Positions 10,314-22,005 of a stretch of 34,121 nucleotides of DNA are shown here, one piece after another. The number at the start of each line of letters is the position of its first letter. Position 1 is the first letter of the stretch. The notes under the pieces were generated by a model. The model saw only the letters and a list, made by a program, of their open reading frames with translations, searched no databases and had not been told where the DNA came from. The position numbers and the translations under genes were made by a program. This DNA comes from Nemertoderma westbladi (Eukaryota; Animalia; Xenacoelomorpha), in NCBI GenBank assembly GCA_032718475.1, contig JAUCBJ010001649.1:1-34121 (forward strand), in the 5' to 3' direction.

Positions 10314-11457
10314 AATAGAAATCTCTCAGAAAAAGCACAGAAGGAAAACTATCAATTAAATAAAAGTAATGCATGTCCTTCTATTAACGAATAAGATTTT
10401 TTGAATTCAAATAAAATTAAAAAATATAAAATAGTAACAAAAATGTAAAAGTGTTTAAAAATAGTGGATTAGAAAATACAGCATACTATACGTACAGTAA
10501 GGATTAGTTTTTCTTTATAGTGATTATTTTAGATTTATTAACGTGCATATATTATTTTTATTATAGTTTTGAAACATTATGCTTATTACTACAAAAAAAT
10601 AATATCAATACCGGCATTAACATACAGTAAATAAATTCTAAAAATCGTACTTTGAGTATATTATAATATATTTTAAGCTATTGGATGGAGAAAAACGAAA
10701 ATGATCCACCGTAGTAACATAATTAAGTAATCGGTCATGTCAAATAAACAGTAGTTAGTGTTATACCAATAATGCCATGCGTGACTGGTGAAGGTTAGTT
10801 AATCATACACATTTAATGCGAAACCACCACCAATAGAATATTAAAGTAATACATGCAAACACAAGATCGAATCTGAAAGTCGGAATACACAAGTCACCTA
10901 GGCCTTACCCCATTTACCCCATTTGTCACAGATTATACAATAGAAATCACTATACGAAGTACAGCTCTATAAAATATAAACTAATAAATTAAAGATATTT
11001 TTTTTAGTTATTACAGGTACTTCATTTTTAATTATTTTACTTTACTTCCAATGCCTTGGAAATTGCAAATTATATTCCTTTCATAATAGGCCGACTAGTT
11101 CCGCGTTTTCTCACTGAAACTTGTCTTTCTTATGGCACACCAACGAATATTTATAAGGCCTATCCTGTAGGCGTAGATGCATATATATTAAATATATACA
11201 GTTCAGTAAATAATTTATAAAATAACTAATATAATCCGATGAATATTAGTAATGGGAAGGCAAACAGAAAAGGGTTAGTTAGGAAAATACGGCTTAATAA
11301 AAGGGTTAGTTGTATGTAACCAATGCGTGTTAGTAGCAATACAACGGGATGATGTTTATAGTGGAGATACATAACTCAACAACCGGTATATGAACTGGAA
11401 ATGTACGAAGTATGAATGAATGAAGGAATGATAAATGGTGAGTGAATTAAATATCAT

Positions 11458-11545
11458 GCGGTATGCGGGCGGTATGCGGGCGGTATGCGGGCGGTATGCG
11501 GGCGGTATGCGGGCGGTATGCGGGCGGTATGCGGGCGGTATGCGG
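11458..11545. repeat. Perfect 11-bp tandem repeat (GCGGTATGCGG)x8
   Basis: Read directly from the sequence; eight identical units. Confidence 0.95.
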
Positions 11546-11959
11546 AGCGACACTTTTCGCAATAATAAATTTGGGAAAATGCAATCTAATAATGTATTTT
11601 CAATTAAATATATCATAAATAGCGGAATATACATTAAATTATTGTTTATTATTATTATACATTAAAACATTTTATAAGTATATCATATTTTGTCCAAACA
11701 AAAATGTTTTTAAATATAATATTTCGATTTCAGCCAACATTAAATTCCTGATTACATTTAACCAATATTGCAGCAGCACAGCAAGTGTAAAAGCTGAAAG
11801 ATGAGAGGGTTAGCTAGAAAATATATAAATAAAATCTCTCGCAAATCCTTAGCGGCATCTGAAAAAGAAATATAACATTAATTAATAGGATACAATATTT
11901 TGATCGTCAGAGAATATGTTTACTTCCAGAATTAATTATAAATTGGATACGTGGGTGGC

Positions 11960-11977
11960 GGGGGGGGGGGGGGGGGG
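11960..11977 (+). repeat. Poly-G run (G18)
   Basis: Read directly from the sequence. Confidence 0.95.
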
Positions 11978-12066
11978 CACGTTACAGTGCGACGTCATTC
12001 TAACCAAAACAATAAACAAAAGTCAATAATACACATGGTTACCTTCCTGCACGTGAGCAGCTGTTA

Positions 12067-13752
12067 TTAGCTGAGATTTCCCTTGATAGTTCCAGTTTCA
12101 TCGCGTAGAGTCCACCCCCCTATGCAATATGGAGGCAGCGGTTTATTATTATTAATTAAATAATTATTAATTATCGTAAACGTCAAGAAATATTCCGATG
12201 TTAAACTTACGGATGACGTTGCTGGGTCCTGCTGGAGGTGATGCAGGGTAAGACGTCGACGACATGTCAACCTCCATACAGGACCCAGTCGGGGAAACAT
12301 CGAACTCCATAACATCCTTGTCTGTAGAGGATGTAGGTGTAGGAGAGGTGGAGGTAGCTGACATGGTGGGATAGGTAGTCGGAGATGTAGGTGTAGGAGA
12401 GTTAGTCGGAGATGCAGGTGTAGGAGAGGTAGTCGGAGAAGTAGGTGGAGAAGTAGTATTGGTAGTAGAAGAACCGTCGCCGTCTAAAAAAATCAGTGTA
12501 ATTGAAAAATATTATTTATTCCGTTAAAGGTTGGTTGATGGTTTCTATTTATAATTGTTTGATGGTACATTTAATGTAAATCTAATGACCTTTTTACAAT
12601 GTAATGTATACAATAATTATAATATTAATGTAGCGTATTAATATATTTAACATATTTAATTCACTAATTTATTTCGCCGGGTAGTTAAATTAATTGCCGG
12701 ATTTAATTATGTATTATATGAAGTGTCACTACAATATTTGTACGACAAGAATGTAATTTAATGAAACAATAATAAAACTTACCGACAGCAACACGCCGCG
12801 CAATACGAAGACGTTTGGCGTGCCGCTGTCTCCTGAGGAAGAGAGGTTCCCCAGAGCGACGACGGCCGGAGAATGTCTTGGAAGATGCAGGAGAGGAAGG
12901 TCGAGTTGGAGCAGTAGATGGTAGAACGGTTGAAATAGCTGGTAGAATGGTGAGAACAGGAGGACGTTTGGAGTAGGAGACGTTTGGAGTAGGAGACGAA
13001 CGTGATGTAGAAGAAGCATTAGGAGTTGAAACTGAAGGGATGGAGGGACGACGTGTAGTAGCTGGGGTGTCGAGGGAGGTGAAGCGAGAACTTGTAGAAA
13101 TCATAGGGACAACAGTAGCAGCAGCTGGTCGTGTTGTTGGAAGGGGGGCTGGTTGAATCTTTGGAATGAGGGGGGCAAGTTTGGGAGCTGAACGACGGGG
13201 ACGGCGGACTTCTATAAAAGGGACGGTTGTTGGTGGAGGATTGTTAGGTGGGTTATTAGGGGTGGGAGTGTTAATGATGGGGACCTGGGGGTCAGCAGAC
13301 GGTCGAGGGGCAATGACTTTATAACGGGGGGCAACTGGAGGGGACGGTTTTGGTGGCGGTGGCAATGGAGAGGGAATTATGTCATCCATGTTTATATTTA
13401 GATATTGCAGAGTTTCCCAACGGGGAGGCGGAGTTGGAATTGTTAAGGATGAATTAAAAATAAACAGAGGGGAGCGGGAGGAGGTAGATGGTTGAGGGAT
13501 AACAAAGATCGGGTTGGGGGGAGGTATTGGAGCCACCGCCACCACGTTGGCATAGGAACGTCGGGGTTGGGGTGGATGAGCAGGAGCAGCGGTAACAGCG
13601 GTAGTTGGAGGTGCGGGTGACGAAGGGGGACTGACCATAATGATCGGGATGTTAATCGGCTGCGCTTTGGGGCAGTGATTACTTCTGTGGTTCCGCGGGA
13701 GTTCCGTTCCATGACAAATGGAGCACTTGATGGATTTCTTTGCTTTGCCCAT
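12067..13752 (-). CDS. Spliced Pro/Ser/Thr-rich protein (~431 aa) with an N-terminal CCHC-like knuckle; predicted exons 13752-12783, 12483-12211, 12119-12067
   Basis: Begins MGKAKKSIKCSICHGTELPRNHRSNHCP (C-x2-C-x8-H-x4-C). Donors G|GTAAGT (12783) and C|GTAAGT (12211); acceptors TTTTTTAG (12484) and TTGCATAG (12120). All are phase 1 and join three track ORFs into a 1296-nt frame. Confidence 0.65.
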
Positions 13753-14541
13753 TTTGGTAGTAATGAATGACTGCTCGATAGGAATAAGTATACGGATATG
13801 AATAATGGAAAATGAACGATATGCGGATATGGATATGAATGAACGATATGAAGTAGACTGTTGACTGGTTGAAAGGAACTGAGGAATGGATAGTGATACA
13901 ACAATTATACAACAATTAAATATTACTCAATGAAGACTAACTGAACTGAATGACTGACTGACTGAGAATACAGTAATATATTTGATTTATATTATTACAT
14001 TATTACGACAATGGGTAGATACAATGATACAAATACCAGTAAGCTCTACTATAATACAGTAATGGCTGACTCGGACTTTCAAAATTAACTAATATATTAT
14101 TACTGTATTATAGGCCATTCCAATATCAGCTATCTGCTATCTGGCTATATTAAGACAGAATAAATTTAGCATACATTAGGTCTATAGGCCCCTACAATAA
14201 TAGCTAGAGACAATGTGAGACAATGTGAGTCAATGTGAATAATACAGTAATATCATATAATATGCATGCATTGCATATACCGATACCGGTAAGCAAACAG
14301 CTGCAGCTGATAGTTGGTCCCGGTAGAAACAAAGTTTCAGTTTAGGATGTACCGGTACCGCGGTACTAGCAGAATTAAAGGCCTACTTAAAATAGGAGCA
14401 TAGACATAAATGAAAGCGATCCCGCGCGTCTGTTGCAAATACTGCGCGGGTGTGGTCAATAAATATGTAAAGTAATTGTGTTACATCAAAATATGTCCTC
14501 CTGCAAATTATTTATAAAAAACTAAACATGTTTTACCGGGC

Positions 14542-15477
14542 CTAAAACGGTCTATTTACTGTGGAAACACAACAATTTACAACCGCAGAAAGGAATACTG
14601 CATAGCATAGTGTATCATGGACAAGTATATAGTAAGCATGACCTACAAATTTTCTACTGATTTCAGTCAACTGCATGCTCGTTGCTATGGATGATACCTA
14701 GTTGCTATGGAAACGAACCTCTGTTGTTACGGTGTGGTCGTCAAATATATGATGTAGTTGTGTAATCAAAAAAAGGTCAACATACAAATTTTCACCAATC
14801 ACCAACTAATCGTTCATCCGTTGCTATGCAATACACTTGTTGCTATGGAAAATGACTACTGACTATTGCCAACTTTTGTCAGTCTATCACCTATATTGCA
14901 TAGTAAGCATGACATAAACATTTTCTACCGATTTCAGTTAACTGCGATGTGGTTGCTATGGACTATACCTTGTTGCTATGGTAAAAGACCCCCTGTTGCT
15001 ATGGTGTGGTCCCTAAGTATATCATATAATTATTATAATCAATGTATATCTACATAGAAATTTTCAACAAAAGCCAACCAACACTTCGCCCGTTGCCACT
15101 GAATGTACAGGAATACACTTCTGTTGCCATGGAAACTGACTTCAGAGTCTTGCTAACTTCGCACATGTCTGTCTACCAACTACTGGCATGTACTGTAATC
15201 TTTCAACCGACATACAATGAGACAACGCATTGACATTTTGGATGCAAGTTATATTTGTTTTAACAAAGATTTTGTAATAATTTTGTAGCAACCTTACTAA
15301 ATAAGCTTGAGGCGTTGCCATTGGCAACATGTCATTCTTACTTTGGGACCCTAGAAAATTTTTTCCGCGTCTAAAACGGTCTATTTACTGTGGAAACAAT
15401 ACCATTTACAACCGCGGTGAGGAATGCCTATTATAAGTTAAGTGCTTCTATTCATACAGTGTAGCCTCCATGGCAAC
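14542..15477. repeat. Internally repetitive block: ~271-bp degenerate tandem duplication, 45-bp direct repeat and ~10 GTTGCYATGG motifs
   Basis: TAGTAAGCATGAC at 14630 and 14901. CTAAAACGGTCTATTTACTGTGGAAACA... at 14542-14586 and 15371-15415. Motif copies at 14681, 14701, 14820, 14839, 14952, 14972, 14995, 15123, 15314 and 15468. Confidence 0.8.
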
Positions 15478-16682
15478 AGAGATATACAACGCAAAATTAT
15501 AAGTGCAAAAAATTATGAAAATTAGCTAAAATGTGGAATTTTTTCAGGAATTCCTTAATAACTCGAGTCCATGTTAATGAAATTCGGAGATAGTTAGTGC
15601 ATTCGAAAGCTAAGAGTATTATCTATCTTTATATGTAAAGAACTCTTCATGAAACCTAAGGGAAGTTACATTTTAATGAGATCGTGTTTTTGTGTGAATT
15701 TGCGTGACACCAAAATATTGCGGTTCAATCTTGAATAAAACTGAGCCATCGGCATGAAATTTAATAAATGATACATAATTAGTTGCGTAATCACATAATC
15801 TATCGATTGGGACAGAAAAATATTGAAAGAAATATGAATGGAAGCGGCCAAAAGCGTATTTAGTACATAATTAATAATTTATTTATAACTATTTATATTA
15901 GTTATAAATAGCATGTCACTTGTATAAATTTACGAAATTCATTGACGACAGGCATCTCACATGATTATATTTTCATAATTTAATAAAAAAATTCCTTCAA
16001 AAATGATACAACTATAAAATTATTCTGTTTTGAAATGTAAATGTTGAGCGAGAAGCAACCAAATTACGTTTTTAACAACCTTTTCAACTCACCTGTAACT
16101 AGTCAAGATTTTATTAATTCTTTAAAAAATTACTTATACAAGTACACGGACAACTATATTTTCATAATCCAGAAAAACCTTTTCATCAGACCATGCCGTT
16201 GTTGCTGTAGCTCGACTTAAAAAAGACGAAATTAACATTACAGTGAACGGGGAGCAGATTTTAGAATTGGGCCAATGAGAGCGTTCTACTATTATAGGGC
16301 CTAAGGATGGCAACCAATTAGAAGCCGTAACAACCATTCGGTAGCTAGAATAACAAAAAATATTTTGTTAAAACAACGCACGTTTTGACCCATAACTTTT
16401 GACTACGTGGATGAAAATTCTTGAAATTACGTTCAAAAGTCTTAGAATTTTGAGCTGGTCACGATGGTATATAGTTTATGCCCTGTATTACCCCTAAACA
16501 CCCTAAACAGGCCCGCCGTTACATATCACCTATAATGAACTCAGATTCCGATTCGATTCGTCCAAAAAGTAATGCTCGTTCCTCGGCTATTCGCTTAAAG
16601 GGGCCCGCCCTTTGCCATTTGGTGACTTTGTCAGTGCAAAATGGCAGCACACAGCTGCCGGTATCTTGCGGGCCGTTTCCAA

Positions 16683-16764
16683 CTAGGAGAAGAGTATTTT
16701 GTACTCTTGATGACATTTGAATTCCCAATAGACTGTATGGTTTATGAATGCCATGGCGTTTTAT
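16683..16764 (+). repeat. 82-bp direct repeat, copy 1
   Basis: CTAGGAGAAGAG...GGCGTTTTAT; one mismatch relative to 17839-17920. Confidence 0.9.
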
Positions 16765-16894
16765 CACCGAGCATCTAACTGTCAATCGAAAGAGACATTG
16801 TAGTAACACGATATGCGATCCGAGGATTCAATCATGCAACATATTCTTCCACCAATCGGAATGGACTGTGGAGTCGTCTGGGATCTCTGGATCA

Positions 16895-17695
16895 TGTGCG
16901 GTACCGATTAGGTCTGACCGGGTCTGATGTGGTAGCGATTAGGTTCGATGTGAACCCGATTGGGTCCGATGTGGTACCGATTTGGTCCAATGTGGTACCC
17001 ATTTGGTCCGATGTGGTACCCATATGGTCCGATATGGTACCCATTTGATCCGATTTGGTCCAATGTGGTTCTGATTTGGTCCGATGTGGTACCGATGTGG
17101 TACCGATTGGGTCCGATGTGGTGCCGATTGGGTCCGATGTGGTGCCGATTTGTTCCAATGTGGTACCGATTGGGTCCGATGTGGTACCCATTTGGTCCAA
17201 TGTGGTACCCATTTGGTCCGATGTGGTACCCATATGGTCCGATATGGTACCCATTTGATCCGATTTGGTCCAATGTGGTTCTGATTTGGTCCGATGTGGT
17301 ACCGATGTGGTACCGATTGGGTCCGATGTGGTGCCGATTGGGTCCGATGTGGTGCCGATTTGTTCCAATGTGGTACCGATTGGGTCCGATGTGGTACCCA
17401 TTTGGTCCAATGTGGTACCCATTTGGTCCGATGTGGTACCCATATGGTCTGATATGGTACCCATTTGATCCGATGTGGTACCGATTTGGTCCAATGTGGT
17501 TCTGATTTGGTCCGATGTGGTACCGATGTGGTACCGATTGGGTCCGATGTGGTGCCGATTGGGTCCGATGTGGTACCCATAAGGTCCGATGTGATACCGA
17601 TTTGGTCCGATTTGGTACCGATTGGGTCCGATGTGGTGCCGATTTGTTCCAATGTGGTACCGATGTGGTACCGATTGGGTCCGATGTGGTACTGA
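16895..17695. repeat. ~21-bp satellite (GGTCCGATGTGGTACCGATTK) with a 210-bp higher-order duplication
   Basis: Read directly. Identical variant order recurs 210 bp apart (track ORFs at 17055 and 17265 are identical). Confidence 0.95.
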
Positions 17696-17838
17696 TTTTC
17701 TTATTATTTTGGTTAATGCAGCATACATGTAACTGTAAGCGCAACCTGTTCTTTTATATATTTCGTTTATTTGTCAGTTTATTAATGTTTAATAATTTGG
17801 CATAATGATATACTGTAATACCCAAAAAATATCAACAT

Positions 17839-18018
17839 CTAGGAGAAGAGTATTTTGTACTCTTGATGTCATTTGAATTCCCAATAGACTGTATGGTTTA
17901 TGAATGCCATGGCGTTTTATTTGTTTTATTGGGTCTGATGGGGTCTGATATGGTAGCGATTAGGTCCGGTGTGAACCCGATTGGATCCGATGTGGTATCG
18001 ATTTGGACCGATGTGGTA
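17839..18018 (+). repeat. 82-bp direct repeat, copy 2 (17839-17920), followed by ~4 degenerate satellite units
   Basis: Matches 16683-16764. GGGTCTGATATGGTAGCGATTAGGTCCGGTGTGAACCCGATTGG resembles the start of the main array at ~16921. Confidence 0.85.
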
Positions 18019-18580
18019 ACTCTATCCTACACACTTATTTTAATTTATTTTGTGTATTTTACGATCACTATTCTAGGTACTTATTTTACATTGTATATCA
18101 GTATATTGCATACTTTCAGTACATATTTACTAATATTGTAATTAATTGATATTGGACTTGTTTTATATCGTGTATACTGTATGTTAAGTTAATATTAAAC
18201 TATGTTGATGGATTTTATTGTGTGTAAGTGATACTTTGACAAAAATATGTTAATAATGGTTCTTACGTCCTGGTCATTCATTATTATTTAATTTTTACTT
18301 TATTAAACTTGGATTTGTCCCATACTGTATACTTCGCTAAACGGACCCAAAGCACCCGGTTTCTACCTTTTCCTCATCCCAGAGGTTTTTCTATGGTGTT
18401 ATGTACAGTACACTATTTTTATATGTCAGAAGGAAGCAATATACAGTAACTATTTGGGAAGAACAGAAAATCACTGTGTTTTTGTACTATACTAAAAGGT
18501 TGTGGACGTCCGTAAATAACAAGTCATTACACGACCATGTTCTAGTGGAAAATATTTTATGTTAGCCGGAAAACCAAAAC

Positions 18581-18607
18581 ACTAAGCGAGGTAAAGCCTC
18601 GCTTAGT
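18581..18607. other. Perfect hairpin, 11-bp stem and 5-nt loop
   Basis: ACTAAGCGAGG-TAAAG-CCTCGCTTAGT followed by AAAA. Confidence 0.85.
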
Positions 18608-19974
18608 AAAACCTGGAACCTTTTTGAGATTCAAATCCGTTTTAGGGGCTTATCGTGCCAAGGAGCACGAGAAATCCATTACACACATGTCATGGGTGAA
18701 AGGGAGTTGTGGCGGGGCAATTTTGTCGACAAACCTGAACAGCATTCTTAATATATATGTAATATATATAATGCAGCTGCAATGCAGCATGCCGATCGTA
18801 GTAGTAGCTCTCTAAGCAATAATCCAAACGGAATGAACTCAATGAAGATACACTACTGTATAGAATATCAAGCTAACAGTCGGCCGAGGATGGAGGCGTC
18901 CCGAATTATCCTCTTTCAATTGCTGCAACCCGAAGGTGGGGCTGGGTGGGCGCTTCTCCTTTCCCAAGTTTTGCTCCAAGTAAGTCAACTGGTCCGCATT
19001 TTATCGACCTGGAATGACCACAAAAACGACCGAGATTGCCTTAAACCATGGCAAACTTAGGCAACTTAGCTGATCCTAGACTCTGTCAATCTTCTTGGCA
19101 AACGAGACAACTGTTGCATTGCTATTGCACACTTTATCTTGGATTTACAGTACTGTATATTTATTTACAGTATGAGTATTTTGCTTACAAAAGCTTATGT
19201 AGCAGTGTATATTTTCGTATCATAGAAGCAATGTTTCGATTATTGAGATGCTTCTATTGTGTGCCGGGTCGCACCCGTCACAGAGACATACAGTATAGTA
19301 TATGACATCGATTGGCATAGTATGGCAGGGCCCTAGACTTACTACTGTACATATTATTATAGTTACTTTTTAAAGTTTCGTTTCCCAATTATTATAATGC
19401 AGTATGTTATTCTTTACATGAACCATTTCGACTCCCTATCCCCAACTTGGCTAGACTTTTATTATTCTTTTTTGACTTCTGATTATGTAAATTATATTAA
19501 TATGAGTTTTGGTACTTTTAGCAATTAGCTCTTTCGCACAGGAAATTGTATGGCGCAGCACAACATGTGAAGGCCTTTCTGAACTTTGTTCCACGTGGTA
19601 CCTACCTACGCCGCTGTTACATCCAGCGATGGAAAACTAGCTACGATAAAGCCCAAATTGACAGGTGGTAAAAAGAAGGGGCAAAAGGCGCGTAAAAGGT
19701 CGGGGAAGAAGTAAATATAGTGTATAGGTCAACTTTATACTGTATTATATGATATTATGTTCTGATTATAAAACTTATAAACTTCAAATAAAAACCACCT
19801 GTGACATTTAATTGAACTAGGCCTACGGTAAGTACACTACACAGTATATGGCCCAAATTAAATTTGGATAAAATAAGAATTAATTTTATCGAAAGACCAG
19901 ATCAGTGACCAACAAAATCATCATACTTTTGTAAAAGTAGCCCACTTAACAGAGTGTGTTATACAGGTTATATT

Positions 19975-20154
19975 GAAAAATATCGAGACATGAAAAATAT
20001 CGAGAGTAAAAATAACGCGAGTAAAAACATCGAGTGTTGAAAAATAACGATAATATCGAGAGTTCAAAAAATATCGAGAGTAAAAATATCGAGGGTAAAA
20101 ATATCGAGAGTAAAAATACCGAGTGTTGAAAAATATCGAGAGTAAAAATATCGA
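19975..20154 (+). repeat. Minisatellite of 15/17-bp units (AAAAATATCGAGAGT / AAAAATATCGAGTGTTG)
   Basis: Read directly; somewhat degenerate. Confidence 0.9.
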
Positions 20155-20479
20155 TCTTAACAATTTTTTTAAATAAGGGTTGTATGATAATTTTTTTACT
20201 AAAAATGTTCTAGAACAACAATATTTATCAACATTTGGTAGCTTATAAGGTTCGTGTTCTAATATAATATTTAACAATATTTATAATATTTATCAAAATT
20301 TATAGCCAGCACTTCTTTTATAATATTTATTAAAAAAATAGCAAAAACTAGCTAGTATAATAAATCTGTGAAATGGGTACCCAAGGTGTATTACATAATG
20401 CCATTCACTTGCACTGTTGTAACCCATGCACTGCAATATTGTTCCATAATTCTAAATAAAATGCTCAAGTAAAATGCAA

Positions 20480-20706
20480 TATTTTTACTCTCGATATTTT
20501 TCAACACTCGATATTTTTCAACACTCGATATTTTTCAACACTCGATATTTTTACTCTCGATATTTTTCAACACTCGATATTTTTACTCTCGATATTTTTA
20601 CTCTCGATATTTTTCAACACTCGATATTTTTCAACACTCGATATTTTTACACTCGATATTTTTCAACACTCGATATTTTTCACACTCGATATTTTTACTC
20701 TCGATA
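20480..20706 (-). repeat. Same minisatellite in the opposite orientation, cut mid-unit by the LTR at 20707
   Basis: ACTCTCGATATTTTT / CAACACTCGATATTTTT units; the array ends at CTCTCGATA|TGTACG. Confidence 0.9.
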
Positions 20707-21927
20707 TGTACGCGCTTTTGAAGACCTTTAGCAGTTTAACCTGCCAAAATTTATATGTCTTTTGGTTTATAAATAGACTTTAGAAAATGACAAGTATTTA
20801 ATACCAATAAACACAACATTAGCCGAAGCCAGCCTAGTGCGCGTCCATTCACCCGCTGGATATACCCGGGAGACTGGATTCGGAGGGCTTAGATTTTATT
20901 GCAGTGTAAGCTTACTGTATTATTCGATTGATCGTTAATAAATAATTTCTGACCAATATTATTCACTTTCGGGAAATATTAACAGTTCCTTTAGGACGTG
21001 GCGCTCTATCTAGGTAAACAGAGATATGACTTATACTAAACACAACGGTAAGACGATAAGGCTTATGATTCACGTATGAGGCGCATTCTTTAGGAAATGC
21101 TTAGTTATCAGCCACAATCATGCACACTACCGGTAACGCACAATACTGCACACTAATCTGCCGACCGTCAATGAATTTTATCATACATAAAGAGAACAGC
21201 AATTGACTCATGTAGTGCCTATCAAATAGCATTAAACTCACTACAAACCACAATAATATAAGTCGCAATCGCTATAAGTAACCTGTCTCTCTAACCTGTA
21301 GTGTATCAAGAAAATTGGGAAATTTGGGTTCTTTATAGATGTTCTCCAAATAATATTCAACCAACTGATACAAAATAATAACAACAGTAAAAGCATTAAG
21401 ACGGTAGGTTAAGATATGATATGACAATGTATGTGCCGATTGAGCCGATAACAGTTATACGTTCTATAATCTAAGCCTACTAATGTTTCTTCTAAAGTCT
21501 GAAACGAATTGACTCTAGAGCCGGTGTTCCTGGCCTAGATAGAAACAACACAACAGTAACACAAACTCTCTGACTCTAACACCGTTGCAGGTATCTTTTT
21601 ACACAGAGAGGAATAGCTCTCATTGGCAGAACACCAGATTCCACAGGTTCCACGAATATCTAAATGCCGAACTATCAGGATTTTTGCAGCCCTTGGCCAA
21701 CACACAAAATGAGTCACTCCGCTCGGTTGCCCTGGTTGCATACTCTGCTGCTATAGCTCTGGTTGGCTGATAGAACATAGCAAAGAGCCCCTCGTATAAC
21801 AAATCAGCCAATCAGCCGGTCGCTTTGCATCATTCGAGTTAGAGAGCTTTTTAGAGTATTCCAGCGCCTGGGGGGGAACTGGATTGCAAAGCAAAAGGGC
21901 CAGTTACATCGCACAAAAGCTTTTACA
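20707..21927 (-). mobile_element. LTR of element B, 3' LTR, left copy (1221 bp)
   Basis: On minus it starts TGTAAAAGCTTTTG and ends CAAAAGCGCGTACA (11/14 inverted termini). It is preceded by the purine-rich tract GGGAGCGG (21935-21928), has AATAAA at 20900-20895 and CCAAT-like boxes near 21777-21815. Confidence 0.75.
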
Positions 21928-22005
21928 CCGCTCCCAGAAAATGGGATTTGAGTCTATAAATATACAAAAATCACAGTTTCTAATATACGTAAATACTCTA
22001 AACAG

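Larger units (their letters stand above)
2498..13752 (-). mobile_element. Coding core of an autonomous-looking Helitron-like element; termini not resolved
   Basis: RepHel ORF plus a co-oriented upstream spliced ORF. No convincing TC...CTRR or subterminal-inverted-repeat pair was found, so the coordinates are minimal. Confidence 0.65.

Noticed and set aside
11356-11665. 92-aa and 76-aa ORFs
   Set aside because: Driven by the 11-bp tandem repeat.
14349-14450. Short palindromes (GTACCGGTAC, GTACCGCGGTAC, CCCGCGC..GCGCGGG) as element termini
   Set aside because: ACCGGT-type palindromes recur throughout the window (e.g. 607-618, 29268-29515), so they are not specific.
16895-17695. CRISPR-like array
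   Set aside because: Units are contiguous with no unique spacers, there are no cas genes, and the context is eukaryotic.
16892-17805. Many overlapping 60-280 aa ORFs on both strands
   Set aside because: They are by-products of a stop-poor 21-bp satellite and are open in most frames.
19921-20731. 118-aa and 85-aa ORFs with RYF repeats
   Set aside because: Translations of the minisatellite arrays.
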